64,000 nt of DNA from Alphaproteobacteria bacterium (lineage in GTDB: Bacteria > Pseudomonadota > Alphaproteobacteria > Bin95). The stretch is taken from positions 1,792,001 to 1,856,000 of the forward strand of contig CBDBGH010000003.1 in the NCBI GenBank assembly GCA_965205265.1, read 5' to 3'. Shown piece by piece: positions 1 through 8,820 of the stretch (the stretch's first letter is position 1; each line of letters begins with the position of its first letter). The position numbers and the translations under genes were made by a program. The notes under the pieces were generated by a model. It was not told the origin of the DNA. It searched no databases and worked only from the letters and a program-made list of their open reading frames with translations.

Positions 1-444
1 GGCGTCGCCCATGCGCTGGCGCTTCTTGGCGGCGAGCCCTTCTTCGTCCTCAACTCGGACCTCGTCTGGGGGGCGGACGGCGCGGGCTGGCTGGGCCGGC
101 TCGCCGCCGGTTTCGACCCCCGCCGGATGGATGCACGGCTGCTGCTTTACCCGACGGCGAAGGCGGTGCATTACGATGGAATGGGCGATTTCCACATGGC
201 GTCGGACGGGCGGCTTTGCCGGCGGCAGGACCCCGATACCGCGCCCTTCCTGTTCACCGGCGCACAAATCCTTGTCCCCGGCCTGTTCGACGACCCGCCG
301 CCCGGCGCCTGGCGGCTGACGCGCGCCTATGACAGGGCGGAAGCGGAGGGCCGGCTCTTCGGCCTCGTCTGCGAGGGCGCGTGGCTCGACGCCGGCACGC
401 CGGAACGCCTCGCCCACGCGGAAGCCATGCTGGCAAGCGCATGA
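1..444 (+). CDS. murU: Nucleotidyltransferase (MurU-like), 5'-truncated by window edge
   Basis: Frame 1 is open from base 1 (GVAHALALLGGEPFFVLNSD...WLDAGTPERL). Stop overlaps the addB ATG (ATGA). Usual position upstream of addBA. Confidence 0.8.
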   Translation, partial: GVAHALALLGGEPFFVLNSDLVWGADGAGWLGRLAAGFDPRRMDARLLLYPTAKAVHYDGMGDFHMASDGRLCRRQDPDTAPFLFTGAQILVPGLFDDPPPGAWRLTRAYDRAEAEGRLFGLVCEGAWLDAGTPERLAHAEAMLASA

Positions 445-3350
445 ATGTCGTATCCATCCCCGCGGGCGCGCCCTTCCTGGAAACGCTGGCCGGCGCGCTC
501 ATCGACAGCCCGACGCTGGCCGACGACATCGTGCTGTTGCCGACACACCGGGCCGGGCGCGCGCTGGTCGAGGCATTCGCGGAGGCGGCGGACGGCGGCA
601 CGCTGCTGCTGCCGCGCATCCTTTCCCTCGGGGAGCTGGACGCCGACGAAATCGCCATCCGCGCCGAAGCGGAACCGGGTCTTGCGGACGACCTCAGCCT
701 CAAGCCCGCAATCTCCACGCTCGCCCGCCGCCTGCTGCTCGCCCGGCTGGTCATGGGGCGCGACAGGCAGATCCCGCCGGACCGCGCGCTCCAACTCGCC
801 GGCGCGCTCGCCCGGCTGATCGACGAGGCACAATTCAACCGGCTGGACTTCGACCGCCTCGACGCCCTGGTTTCGGAAGAATTTGCGGAGCACTGGCAGG
901 AAACGCTGGACTTCCTCTCCATCGTCACGAAAGCCTGGCCGGACATTCTGGAAGAACGGGGCCGGCTCGACCCCATCGACCGGCGCAACCAGCTCTACGA
1001 GGCCCAGATCGCCCTTTGGCGGCGGTCGCCGCCCGAAGGGCGCGTCATTGCCGCCGGCTCCACCGGCATCATGCCGGCGACGGCCGACCTGCTGGCCTGC
1101 ATCGCCGGCCTGCCGCGCGGGCTTGTCGTGCTGCCGGGGCTCGACCGCCATCTCGACGACAGGGGCTGGGAGGCGGTGGAGGAAGGGCATCCGCAATGGG
1201 CGCTGAAGCAGCTGCTCGAAAGGCTGGGCGTCGAGCGCGCCGCGGTGCCGGACTGGCCGGAAACCCGGCCCGTAGCCCGCAGCCGGCTGGTGGCCGAAGC
1301 CATGCGGCCGGCGGAGACGACCGAGGCCTGGCGGAGCCTTGCGCCCGGCATCGGCGACGGCGCGGAAGGGTTGACGGTCGCCCGCTTCGCCAATCCCGCG
1401 GCCGAGGCCGGCGCCGTCGCCCTCATGCTGCGCGACGCGGTGGAGCGCGGCGAGAGCGCCGCCCTGGTGACGCCCGACCGGGACCTCGCCCGGCGGGTCT
1501 CGGTGGAGCTCGGGCGCTGGGGCCTGCTGGCGGACGACAGCGCCGGCGCGCCGCTCGGCAGGACGCCCGCCGGCGCGTTCCTGCGCCTTGTCGCCCATGC
1601 GGCGGCGGTGGATTTTGCGCCCGCCGAACTGCTGGCCGCCCTCAAGCATCCGCTCGCAGCCTGCGGCATGGAGCCCACGCGCTTCCGCCGCGCCGTCCGC
1701 CGGCTGGAACGGGCGCTGCTGCGCGGCCCCCGCCCCGGCAACGGGCTGGACGGGCTTCTGCAGGCAGCGAAAAGAGCGAGGGACAAGCGTATCGGCAAGA
1801 CGGCCCGCCGGATTGCCCGGGCTTTTCATCCGCTGCGGGCGCTCCACCGGCGGCAGGCGGCGCCGCTGGCCGACCTGCTGGCGGCGCATGTCGGGACGGC
1901 AGAGAAGCTCGCCGGCGAAACCGGCCTCTGGCGCGGCGCGGATGGCGAAGCGGCGGCGGCGCTTCTGGCGGACCTCAGTGAAACGGCCGGGGCCTGGCCG
2001 CCCATCCAGCCCGCCGACTATGCCGCGCTGTTCGACGAGCTTGCCGCCGGGCAGACGGTGCGCATGGCTCGCCCGCGCCATCCGGGCCTCACCATTCTGG
2101 GGCCGCTGGAAGCGCGGCTGCAACGCGCGGGCCGGCTGGTACTCGCCGGGCTGAACCAGGGCGCGTGGCCGGCCGATCCCGCGCCCGACCCGTGGATGAG
2201 CCGCGAGATGCGCATCCAGTTCGGCCTGCCGCCGGCGGAGGTCCGGCAGGGTCTTGCCGCGCACGATTTCGCCCAGGCGCTGAACTCCGGCGAGGTCATC
2301 CTGACGCGCTCCGAGCGGGTGGGCACGGACCCGACCGTGCCCTCCCCCTGGCTGCAACGCCTCGAAACCGTGGCCCGGGCGCTCGGACGCGATCTCGAGG
2401 ACCGGCGCTGGGCCCATTGGCAGGAGGAGCTCGACCGGCCGGAAGAGGTGCGGCCCGCCGGTCCGCCGAAGCCCTGCCCGCCCGTGGCGGCGCGCCCTCG
2501 CAAGCTTTCGGCCACCCACGTCACAACCTGGCTCCAGGACCCTTACAGCATCTACGCCCGGCAGATTCTCGATCTGCGCCCGCTCGACCCCATCGACGCG
2601 GACCCGGAAGCGCGCGACTTCGGCTCCACGATCCACGAGGCGCTGGAGCGCTTCATGCGCGACTATCCGGGCCCCGACCTGCCGGACGAGGCCTGGGACC
2701 ATCTGCTCGCCATCGGCGAGGAGGCGTTCGCGGCCTTTGCGGACCGGCCTCTGGCGGCGGTCTTCTGGAACCGGCGGTTCGAACGCGCGGCGCGGAATGT
2801 CTGGGCCATCGAGACGGAGCGCCGGCCGGGCATCGAGCGCATCCTGACCGAGATCCGGGGCGAGACGCGGCTCGACGGCCCGGCGGGGTCCTTCACCCTC
2901 ACGGCCCGCGCGGACAGGGTGGAGCTGCGGGCCGGCGGCGGGCTTGTCATCGTCGATTACAAGTCCGGCAACCCGCCCTCGGCGACGGATGTCGTGCGGC
3001 GCACGGCGCGGCAATTGCCTATCGAAGCCATCATTGCAGAGGCGGGCGGATTCACCGACTGTCCCGCGGGCGCCGCCTCCGAGCTGGAATACTGGCGCAC
3101 CGGCGGCGGGCGCGGCGACCGGCCGGCACCGCTGAGGGTAGCCCGCCAAGGCGAGAAGCCGGGCAAATTGCGCGGGCCCTACAATATCGGGGAGGTCGTC
3201 AAGGCCACGCGCGAGGGCCTTTTGCGCTTCGTTGCCGCCTTCGACGAGGAAGCCATGCCCTATCTCGCCGAGCCAAGGCCGGAATTCGCCGGCGGCTATA
3301 ACGACTACCGGCATCTTTCGAGGAAGGACGAATGGTCGAGGCGGCTCTGA
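441..3350 (+). CDS. addB: Double-strand break repair protein AddB
   Basis: MNVVSIPAGAPFLETLA start, AAGSTG and LPGLD motifs, C-terminal PD-(D/E)xK nuclease (ARADRVE..IVDYKSG). Upstream of addA. Confidence 0.95.
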   Translation: MNVVSIPAGAPFLETLAGALIDSPTLADDIVLLPTHRAGRALVEAFAEAADGGTLLLPRILSLGELDADEIAIRAEAEPGLADDLSLKPAISTLARRLLLARLVMGRDRQIPPDRALQLAGALARLIDEAQFNRLDFDRLDALVSEEFAEHWQETLDFLSIVTKAWPDILEERGRLDPIDRRNQLYEAQIALWRRSPPEGRVIAAGSTGIMPATADLLACIAGLPRGLVVLPGLDRHLDDRGWEAVEEGHPQWALKQLLERLGVERAAVPDWPETRPVARSRLVAEAMRPAETTEAWRSLAPGIGDGAEGLTVARFANPAAEAGAVALMLRDAVERGESAALVTPDRDLARRVSVELGRWGLLADDSAGAPLGRTPAGAFLRLVAHAAAVDFAPAELLAALKHPLAACGMEPTRFRRAVRRLERALLRGPRPGNGLDGLLQAAKRARDKRIGKTARRIARAFHPLRALHRRQAAPLADLLAAHVGTAEKLAGETGLWRGADGEAAAALLADLSETAGAWPPIQPADYAALFDELAAGQTVRMARPRHPGLTILGPLEARLQRAGRLVLAGLNQGAWPADPAPDPWMSREMRIQFGLPPAEVRQGLAAHDFAQALNSGEVILTRSERVGTDPTVPSPWLQRLETVARALGRDLEDRRWAHWQEELDRPEEVRPAGPPKPCPPVAARPRKLSATHVTTWLQDPYSIYARQILDLRPLDPIDADPEARDFGSTIHEALERFMRDYPGPDLPDEAWDHLLAIGEEAFAAFADRPLAAVFWNRRFERAARNVWAIETERRPGIERILTEIRGETRLDGPAGSFTLTARADRVELRAGGGLVIVDYKSGNPPSATDVVRRTARQLPIEAIIAEAGGFTDCPAGAASELEYWRTGGGRGDRPAPLRVARQGEKPGKLRGPYNIGEVVKATREGLLRFVAAFDEEAMPYLAEPRPEFAGGYNDYRHLSRKDEWSRRL

Positions 3351-6300
3351 ACCCCGCCGTCGAGGCCGCGACCGCGCAGCAGCGCCGCGCCGCCGACCCG
3401 GAGGCGTCCGCCTGGGTGGACGCCAATGCCGGCTCCGGCAAGACCAAGGTGCTCGCCGACCGCGTGCTGGCGCTGCTGCTTGGGGACGTGCCGCCGGAAC
3501 GCATTCTCTGCCTGACCTACACCCGCGCGGCCGCGGCCGAAATGCGCATCCGCATAGAGCGTGAGCTGGCCGGCTGGGCCACCGCCCCGGACGAAGACCT
3601 CGACAAGGCCCTCGTCCGGCTGGGCGCCGAGGCTCCGGACGGAGACGGGCGGGATCGCGCGCGCCGCCTGTTCGCCCGCACGGTCGATGCGCCGGTCGGG
3701 CTCCGCATCGACACGATCCATGCCTTTTGCCAGAGCCTGCTCGGGCGCTTCCCCATCGAAGCCGGAGTCTCGCCCTGGTTCCAGCTTGCAGACGAACGCG
3801 AGGCGCTGACCCGGCAGGCGAACGCCCGCGACGCCGTGCTGGAGCGGCGCGAAGACGGACTCGACGGCGCTGTCGCCGAGGTCGCCGACAACCTCTCGGA
3901 ATACAATATCCGCGCCTTCATCGCCGAACTGCTGCGCAATCGCAGCGCCTTCGGGCCACAGGCGCTCGCCGCGCTGGAGGCAGGGCTGGTCCTGCCCGAG
4001 GTCCCCGAACGCACGAAAAAGGGGATGAAAGCGCTGCAGGAGGCGGCGTCGATCCTGGCGGGAGGAACTGTAACCGACAAGCGGCACGCCGCGAGCCTGC
4101 AACGCTGGGCCGACACCGAGGCTCCCTCCGACGACGACATCGAGGAGGTGCGCAAGGTCTTCTACAAGTCGAACGGCGAGCCGCGCGAGGAAATCGGCAC
4201 GAAGAACCTCGTCGGCGGAGAATGCCTGCCGGGCCTGCTGGACGAGGAATGCGAACGGATCGAGCGGATGCGCCAATACCGCCGGATCGAGGCCACGCTC
4301 AACGCCTCCAGGGCGGCGCTGGCGCTGGGAGAGGCCGTGGACGGCGAATACCGCCGGTCCAAGGGCCGGGCCGGGCTGCTCGACTATGACGACCTGATCG
4401 AGAGCGCGCTCGGCCTCTTGCAGAGCCGCTCCGCCGCCTGGGTGCATTACAAGCTCGACCGGGGCATCGACCATGTGCTGATCGACGAGGCGCAGGACAC
4501 GAGTCCCTCGCAATGGGGGCTTGTCGAGGCGCTGACGCAGGAGTTCTTCGCCGGCGAGGGCGCGGGCGAAGAGACGCGCACGCTCTTCGCCGTGGGCGAC
4601 CCCAAGCAGTCCATCTACCGCTTCCAGGGCGCGGAGCCGAAGAAATTCGGGGACATGCGCGAGACATTCCGGACGCGGGCGGAGGGGGCCGGCCGGCGCT
4701 GGGAGGACGTGCCGCTGGAGGTCTCCTTCCGCGCGGCTCCGGTGCTTCTGGAGGCGGTTGACGCGGTGTTCGCCGGCGGGGACGGGCCGGACCTCGGGAT
4801 CGGCGGAGCGGCGCCCCGCCACCGGGCAAGCCGCGCCGGCGCGGGCGGGCGCGTCGAGATCTGGCCGCTCGAAATCGGCGAGAACCGGAAGCCGGGAGAT
4901 CCGTTCGAGCCGCCCACTGAATATTTCCACGAGGATGCGGCCGAGACGGCGCTTGCTGACCGGGTCGCCCGGTGCATCGCAAGCTGGCTCGAACGCGGCG
5001 AGCCGGTAGCCCCCGGCGGGCGGCCCATGCGCGCGGGCGACATCATGATCCTGCTGCCGCGCCGCTCCGGCCGGGCCTTCATCCCGCGCGTCATTGCGGC
5101 GCTGAAGCAGGCGGGCGTGCCTGTCGCCGGCATCGACCGCATGACGCTCGCCGAGGAGCTTGCGGTCATGGACCTCGCGGCCATCGGCGATTTCGTCCTG
5201 CTGCCGGAGGACGACCTGACTCTCGCGACGGTTCTCAAGGGGCCGCTGTTCGGCTTCGACGACGCGGCGCTGTTCGAGCTTGCCCGCGGCCGTGAAGGCA
5301 CGCTCTGGGCCGCGCTCGGCAAGCGCCGGGAGACGGAGCGGTTCGGCTCCTGCTTCGAGGCGCTGGGCGCGCTGCTCGGCAAGGCGGATTATGTCGGCGT
5401 CCACGCCTTCTTCGCGGACCTGCTGGCGGAAGGCGGGCTGCGCCGGAAGATCGCGGCCCGGCTCGGCGAAGAAGCGAACGACCCGATAGACGAGTTCCTG
5501 AACGCCGCGCTCGACTATGAGCGCCGCCATGCCTCCAGCCTGCAGGGCTTCCTGCAATGGCTCAGGAGCGGCGAGGCGGAGGTGAAGCGCCAACTCGACC
5601 AGCGGGACCGCAACGAGGTGCGGGTCAGCACCGTCCACGGCGCCAAGGGGCTGGAGGCGCCGGTGGTCATCCTGCCGGACACCGCCGCCGCTCCGGCCCA
5701 TCCGAGCCGCCGCCAGGCGCTCTACCGCGACGGCGGCCTGCTGCTCTGGCCGCCCTCCACGAACAGGGACCGGATCGACCCGGTATCCGAAGCCTTGCTG
5801 GACAGGGCCGATCGGGAAGACGAAGAAGAACAACGCCGCCTGCTTTATGTGGCCATGACCCGCGCGGCCGACCGGCTGGTGGTCTGCGGGTGGAACAACA
5901 GCGGCAGGAAGCTGCCGGACGATTGTTGGTACAACGCCATCCGGGACAGGCTGGCGCCCTGCATGGCGGAGGAGGACGACCCGGATTTCGACGAACCGCT
6001 GCTGGCGATGGAGCGGCGCGGGGCGGAAGCGGAAGCGGCGCGCCCGGCGGCGGACCGGGAGACTGCCCCTCCCCTTCCGGGCTGGGCCCGCGCGCCGGTT
6101 GCGGCACAGCCGGTCCCGCCTCCCGGCGACGACGAGGGGGCGTCCGCTCCCACCTCCCCGCTTCGCGGCGGGTCGGCCGGGCGTTTCCGGCGGGGCCGGG
6201 CGGTCCACAAGCTGCTGGAACTGCTGCCGGAGATCGCGCCCGAACGGCGCCTCGATGCCGCGCTCGGGTTCCTCGCTGCCGATCCCGAACTGGCTGGCGA

Positions 6301-6667
6301 CGCCGAAGCAACGGCCCGCGAGGCGCTGGCGGTGCTCGACGATCCCGCTTTCAGTCCCGTGTTCGGCCCCCACAGCCGGGCGGAAGCGCCGCTTGTCGGG
6401 CGAATCGGCGGCGAGGTCGTGAGCGCGCGCATCGACCGGCTGGCGCTTCTGCCGGAGGAAACGCTGATCGTCGATTTCAAGAGCGGGCGCGCCCCGCCTG
6501 CCGATCCGGCAGAGGCCCCGGCGGCCTATCTGCGGCAATTGGCGCGCTATGTCGCGCTCTTGCGGCAGATACGGCCGGAGCATCCAGTCCGCGCGGCGCT
6601 GCTCTGGACCGAGGCGCCCCTGCTGATGCCGATTCCCGAAAGCTGCCTTGCGCCATATATGCCTTGA
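3332..6667 (+). CDS. addA: Double-strand break repair helicase/nuclease AddA
   Basis: Walker A ANAGSGKT, LIDEAQD, VGDPKQSIYRFQGA, TVHGAKGLE, YVAMTRA, C-terminal nuclease IDRL..IVDFKS. Confidence 0.96.
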   Translation: MVEAALNPAVEAATAQQRRAADPEASAWVDANAGSGKTKVLADRVLALLLGDVPPERILCLTYTRAAAAEMRIRIERELAGWATAPDEDLDKALVRLGAEAPDGDGRDRARRLFARTVDAPVGLRIDTIHAFCQSLLGRFPIEAGVSPWFQLADEREALTRQANARDAVLERREDGLDGAVAEVADNLSEYNIRAFIAELLRNRSAFGPQALAALEAGLVLPEVPERTKKGMKALQEAASILAGGTVTDKRHAASLQRWADTEAPSDDDIEEVRKVFYKSNGEPREEIGTKNLVGGECLPGLLDEECERIERMRQYRRIEATLNASRAALALGEAVDGEYRRSKGRAGLLDYDDLIESALGLLQSRSAAWVHYKLDRGIDHVLIDEAQDTSPSQWGLVEALTQEFFAGEGAGEETRTLFAVGDPKQSIYRFQGAEPKKFGDMRETFRTRAEGAGRRWEDVPLEVSFRAAPVLLEAVDAVFAGGDGPDLGIGGAAPRHRASRAGAGGRVEIWPLEIGENRKPGDPFEPPTEYFHEDAAETALADRVARCIASWLERGEPVAPGGRPMRAGDIMILLPRRSGRAFIPRVIAALKQAGVPVAGIDRMTLAEELAVMDLAAIGDFVLLPEDDLTLATVLKGPLFGFDDAALFELARGREGTLWAALGKRRETERFGSCFEALGALLGKADYVGVHAFFADLLAEGGLRRKIAARLGEEANDPIDEFLNAALDYERRHASSLQGFLQWLRSGEAEVKRQLDQRDRNEVRVSTVHGAKGLEAPVVILPDTAAAPAHPSRRQALYRDGGLLLWPPSTNRDRIDPVSEALLDRADREDEEEQRRLLYVAMTRAADRLVVCGWNNSGRKLPDDCWYNAIRDRLAPCMAEEDDPDFDEPLLAMERRGAEAEAARPAADRETAPPLPGWARAPVAAQPVPPPGDDEGASAPTSPLRGGSAGRFRRGRAVHKLLELLPEIAPERRLDAALGFLAADPELAGDAEATAREALAVLDDPAFSPVFGPHSRAEAPLVGRIGGEVVSARIDRLALLPEETLIVDFKSGRAPPADPAEAPAAYLRQLARYVALLRQIRPEHPVRAALLWTEAPLLMPIPESCLAPYMP

Positions 6668-6729
6668 CGGCCGGGCGCTTTGCGGCCACTTGAAGGCGAA
6701 TGGCGGATGACTTCTCGGGAGGGACCGGA

Positions 6730-7050
6730 ATGGCCACGCGGCACACGACGGATGCGAGTTTCGATGAGGACGTAAGGCAGGCGGCCAAGCCCGTCGTGGT
6801 CGATTTCTGGGCCGAATGGTGCGGCCCCTGCAAGCAGATCGCGCCCTTCCTCGAGGACATCGCGTCCGAAATGGAAGAGCGTCTCGACGTCGTGAAGCTC
6901 GATATCGACGACAATCCGAAGACCCCCGGCGAACTCGGCGTGCGCGGCATCCCGACGCTCATGGTCTTCCGCGACGGCGAGATGGTCGCCCAGCGCGTCG
7001 GCGCCATGCCCAAAAGCGCGCTCAAGCAGTGGCTCGACTCGGTGGTGTGA
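6730..7050 (+). CDS. trxA: Thioredoxin
   Basis: WAEWCGPCK active site. GGAGGG RBS before ATG 6730. Conserved position after addA. Confidence 0.96.
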   Translation: MATRHTTDASFDEDVRQAAKPVVVDFWAEWCGPCKQIAPFLEDIASEMEERLDVVKLDIDDNPKTPGELGVRGIPTLMVFRDGEMVAQRVGAMPKSALKQWLDSVV

Positions 7051-7122
7051 GCGGGCGGCAGGGGTAAGACCGGCCGACTGCACCCCTTGCCACAATCTTG
7101 GACGGTCGGCAGAGTCTCGGGC

Positions 7123-7362
7123 ATGACGTGGTGGCAGGTCATAACGCTTGCAGGCGCGTTCGTCGGCACGGCCGGCGTCGTTGCGACGTTGATCCTGCGG
7201 ACGACCGCCCGCCTCGACAAGCGGATCGATGGCGTACATGAGGAAGCGGTCGCTGACAGGCGGCAATGGCAGGCGACAATGGATGCCTTCCGCCAGGAAA
7301 TGCTCCGTCTGGCCGAGCGCCAGTCCCGAACCGAAGGCAGGCTTGAAGCCGGCGACGACTAG
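7123..7362 (+). CDS. Small hypothetical protein: N-terminal TM helix plus coiled-coil-like tail
   Basis: MTWWQVITLAGAFVGTAGVVATLIL hydrophobic stretch followed by a charged helical tail, 79 aa. Confidence 0.65.
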   Translation: MTWWQVITLAGAFVGTAGVVATLILRTTARLDKRIDGVHEEAVADRRQWQATMDAFRQEMLRLAERQSRTEGRLEAGDD

Positions 7363-7397
7363 GACGCCCGGTTTCGCGACCTGCCGATGGAAGCGCC

Positions 7398-7437
7398 GTC
7401 CTTCGATACGCGGCTTCGCCGCTACTCAGGACGAGGG
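7398..7437. repeat. REP-like palindromic half unit (CCTTCGAxACG...CTCAGGAyGAG type)
   Basis: CCTTCGATACGCGGCTTCGCCGCTACTCAGGACGAGG with internal hairpin GCGGC-TTC-GCCGC. Resembles common alphaproteobacterial intergenic palindromes. Confidence 0.5.
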
Positions 7438-7530
7438 TTTGCCGAATTCAAACATCTGTCGCTCCACCGCCGTGACAGCCCGGCCGCACGGGGGTAGCTT
7501 GAGGCGGCGCCGGGAAGCGGAGCGGACAGC

Positions 7531-8094
7531 ATGAACGCGAAGGCAGCCCCGGCCCGCAGGGCGAGCTACCGGGACGTGCTCGATGCGCCGCCGCATATGG
7601 TGGCGGAGATCGTGGACGGCGTACTGCACCTCCAGCGGAGGCCCGGTTCGCTGCCGGCTCTGGCGAAATCGGCCCTCGGCAGCGGGATCGGCGCTGCCTT
7701 CCACATAGGCCGGGACGGACCGGGCGGCTGGTGGATCGTCGATGAACCCGAACTTCATTTCGGCGAAGACATCCTGGTTCCCGACATTGCCGGGTGGCGG
7801 CGGGAGCGCATGCCCGCAATTCCCGACGTGGCCTATCTGACGCTTGCGCCGGACTGGGTGTGCGAGGTTCTTTCCCCCTCCACGCGGACACTGGACCTCG
7901 AAGGGAAGCGCCCGGTCTATGCGCGGGAGGGCGTCGGTCATCTCTGGCTCGTGGACCCGTCCGCCCGGACCCTGGAGGCGTTCGCGCTCGGGAACGGCGA
8001 GTGGACGACAACCGACGCGGCGCGCGGGGACGAGCCGGTGTCCCTCCCGCCCTTCGAGGCGGTGGCCTTCCCCCTCGGCGCCCTCTGGCCCTGA
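7531..8094 (+). CDS. Uma2 (DUF820) family putative endonuclease
   Basis: AEIVDG, EPELH, VPDIAGWRRERMP, APDWVCEVLSPST, GVGHLWLVDP motifs. Confidence 0.92.
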   Translation: MNAKAAPARRASYRDVLDAPPHMVAEIVDGVLHLQRRPGSLPALAKSALGSGIGAAFHIGRDGPGGWWIVDEPELHFGEDILVPDIAGWRRERMPAIPDVAYLTLAPDWVCEVLSPSTRTLDLEGKRPVYAREGVGHLWLVDPSARTLEAFALGNGEWTTTDAARGDEPVSLPPFEAVAFPLGALWP

Positions 8095-8119
8095 CGCGGC
8101 CGGCGGCAGAGCCGGCGTC

Positions 8120-8148
8120 TTCACAATATTTCCTCTTTGTTCTATATC
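8120..8148 (+). promoter_or_regulatory. Putative sigma70 promoter with a degenerate LexA-like box in the spacer
   Basis: TTCACA-N17-TATATC. Spacer contains ATTT-N7-GTTC (alphaproteobacterial SOS box is GTTC-N7-GTTC). AT-rich patch in a GC-rich context. Confidence 0.45.
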
Positions 8149-8181
8149 TTCCCGCCACGCGGTGAGAAGGACGGAACGGAC

Positions 8182-8592
8182 ATGGGCAAAGCGCTTCCCG
8201 TGGAATTGCGGGAGCGGGTGATAGCGGCGCTGGCGGACGGGATGACCCGCCGGGAAGCGGCCCGGCTGTTCCGTGTCGGCGTGGGCACCATCGCCGGCTG
8301 GCGGCGGCTGGAGCGCCGGCGCGGCCACCTGCGGCCGAAGACCGGGACCGGCAGGACCCGCGCCTGGCGCATCGAGGCGGAGCGGGACCGGATATTCGCT
8401 CTGCTGGAGGCGGACCCGGACCTGCCCGCGAACGCGCTGTGCGCGGCGCTTCGCGAGCAGGGCCTTGTCTTCAGCCTCAGCGCGATGAAGCGCTTTCTCC
8501 GGCGGCACGGCGTCGAGCGAAAGATCGGCCGGCCGCCCGGCCGGAGCTGCACCGCCCCGGCCCCCGACGCCGCAGAGGCCGCGGGGCCGTGA
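8182..8592 (+). CDS. Stand-alone IS630/Tc1-type HTH protein, no DDE domain
   Basis: MGKALPVELRERVIAALADGMTRREAARLFRVGVGTIAGW and VFSLSAMKRFLRRHG resemble the IS630 ORFA N-terminus. No catalytic ORF follows. Confidence 0.8.
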   Translation: MGKALPVELRERVIAALADGMTRREAARLFRVGVGTIAGWRRLERRRGHLRPKTGTGRTRAWRIEAERDRIFALLEADPDLPANALCAALREQGLVFSLSAMKRFLRRHGVERKIGRPPGRSCTAPAPDAAEAAGP

Positions 8593-8633
8593 CGCCGACG
8601 GCGGATTCGCGCTGGACCGGGTCTAACCCTTTC

Positions 8634-8820
8634 GGACCCTTTCCGCGCAAACCGGACGAACTTCGCCGATTGCGGGCCAGCAGACAGGCGCACCTATCCG
8701 GTTGTGCCCCCGCGCTCCTGTCTTGTCCGGCGCGGGAACCGGTTCGAAAGCTATGCCATGATGCAAGAGGCAATATAGTCCGGCCGCGACGGATCGCAAG
8801 CTTGTTCAGGAAATAAATCT
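8634..8820 (-). other. Short promoter-led non-coding element related to the 41 kb and 54.5 kb repeats
   Basis: Minus-strand TTGCGA-N16-TATATT after an AT-rich tract. Shares GGCGAAGTTCGTCC (13/14 with the 54.7 kb copy) and a GCGCG..AGGGTCC block. Confidence 0.4.

Noticed and set aside
327-6583. Very long antisense or alternate-frame ORFs (e.g. 327..3314, 3305..6583, 33872..36841, 33904..37266, 55867..58629)
   Set aside because: Shadows of real genes in GC-rich DNA with few stop codons. No recognisable motifs.
8100-8820. Intact IS630 elements at 8.2 kb and 29 kb
   Set aside because: No DDE domain in adjacent frames and no terminal inverted repeats with TA duplication seen.
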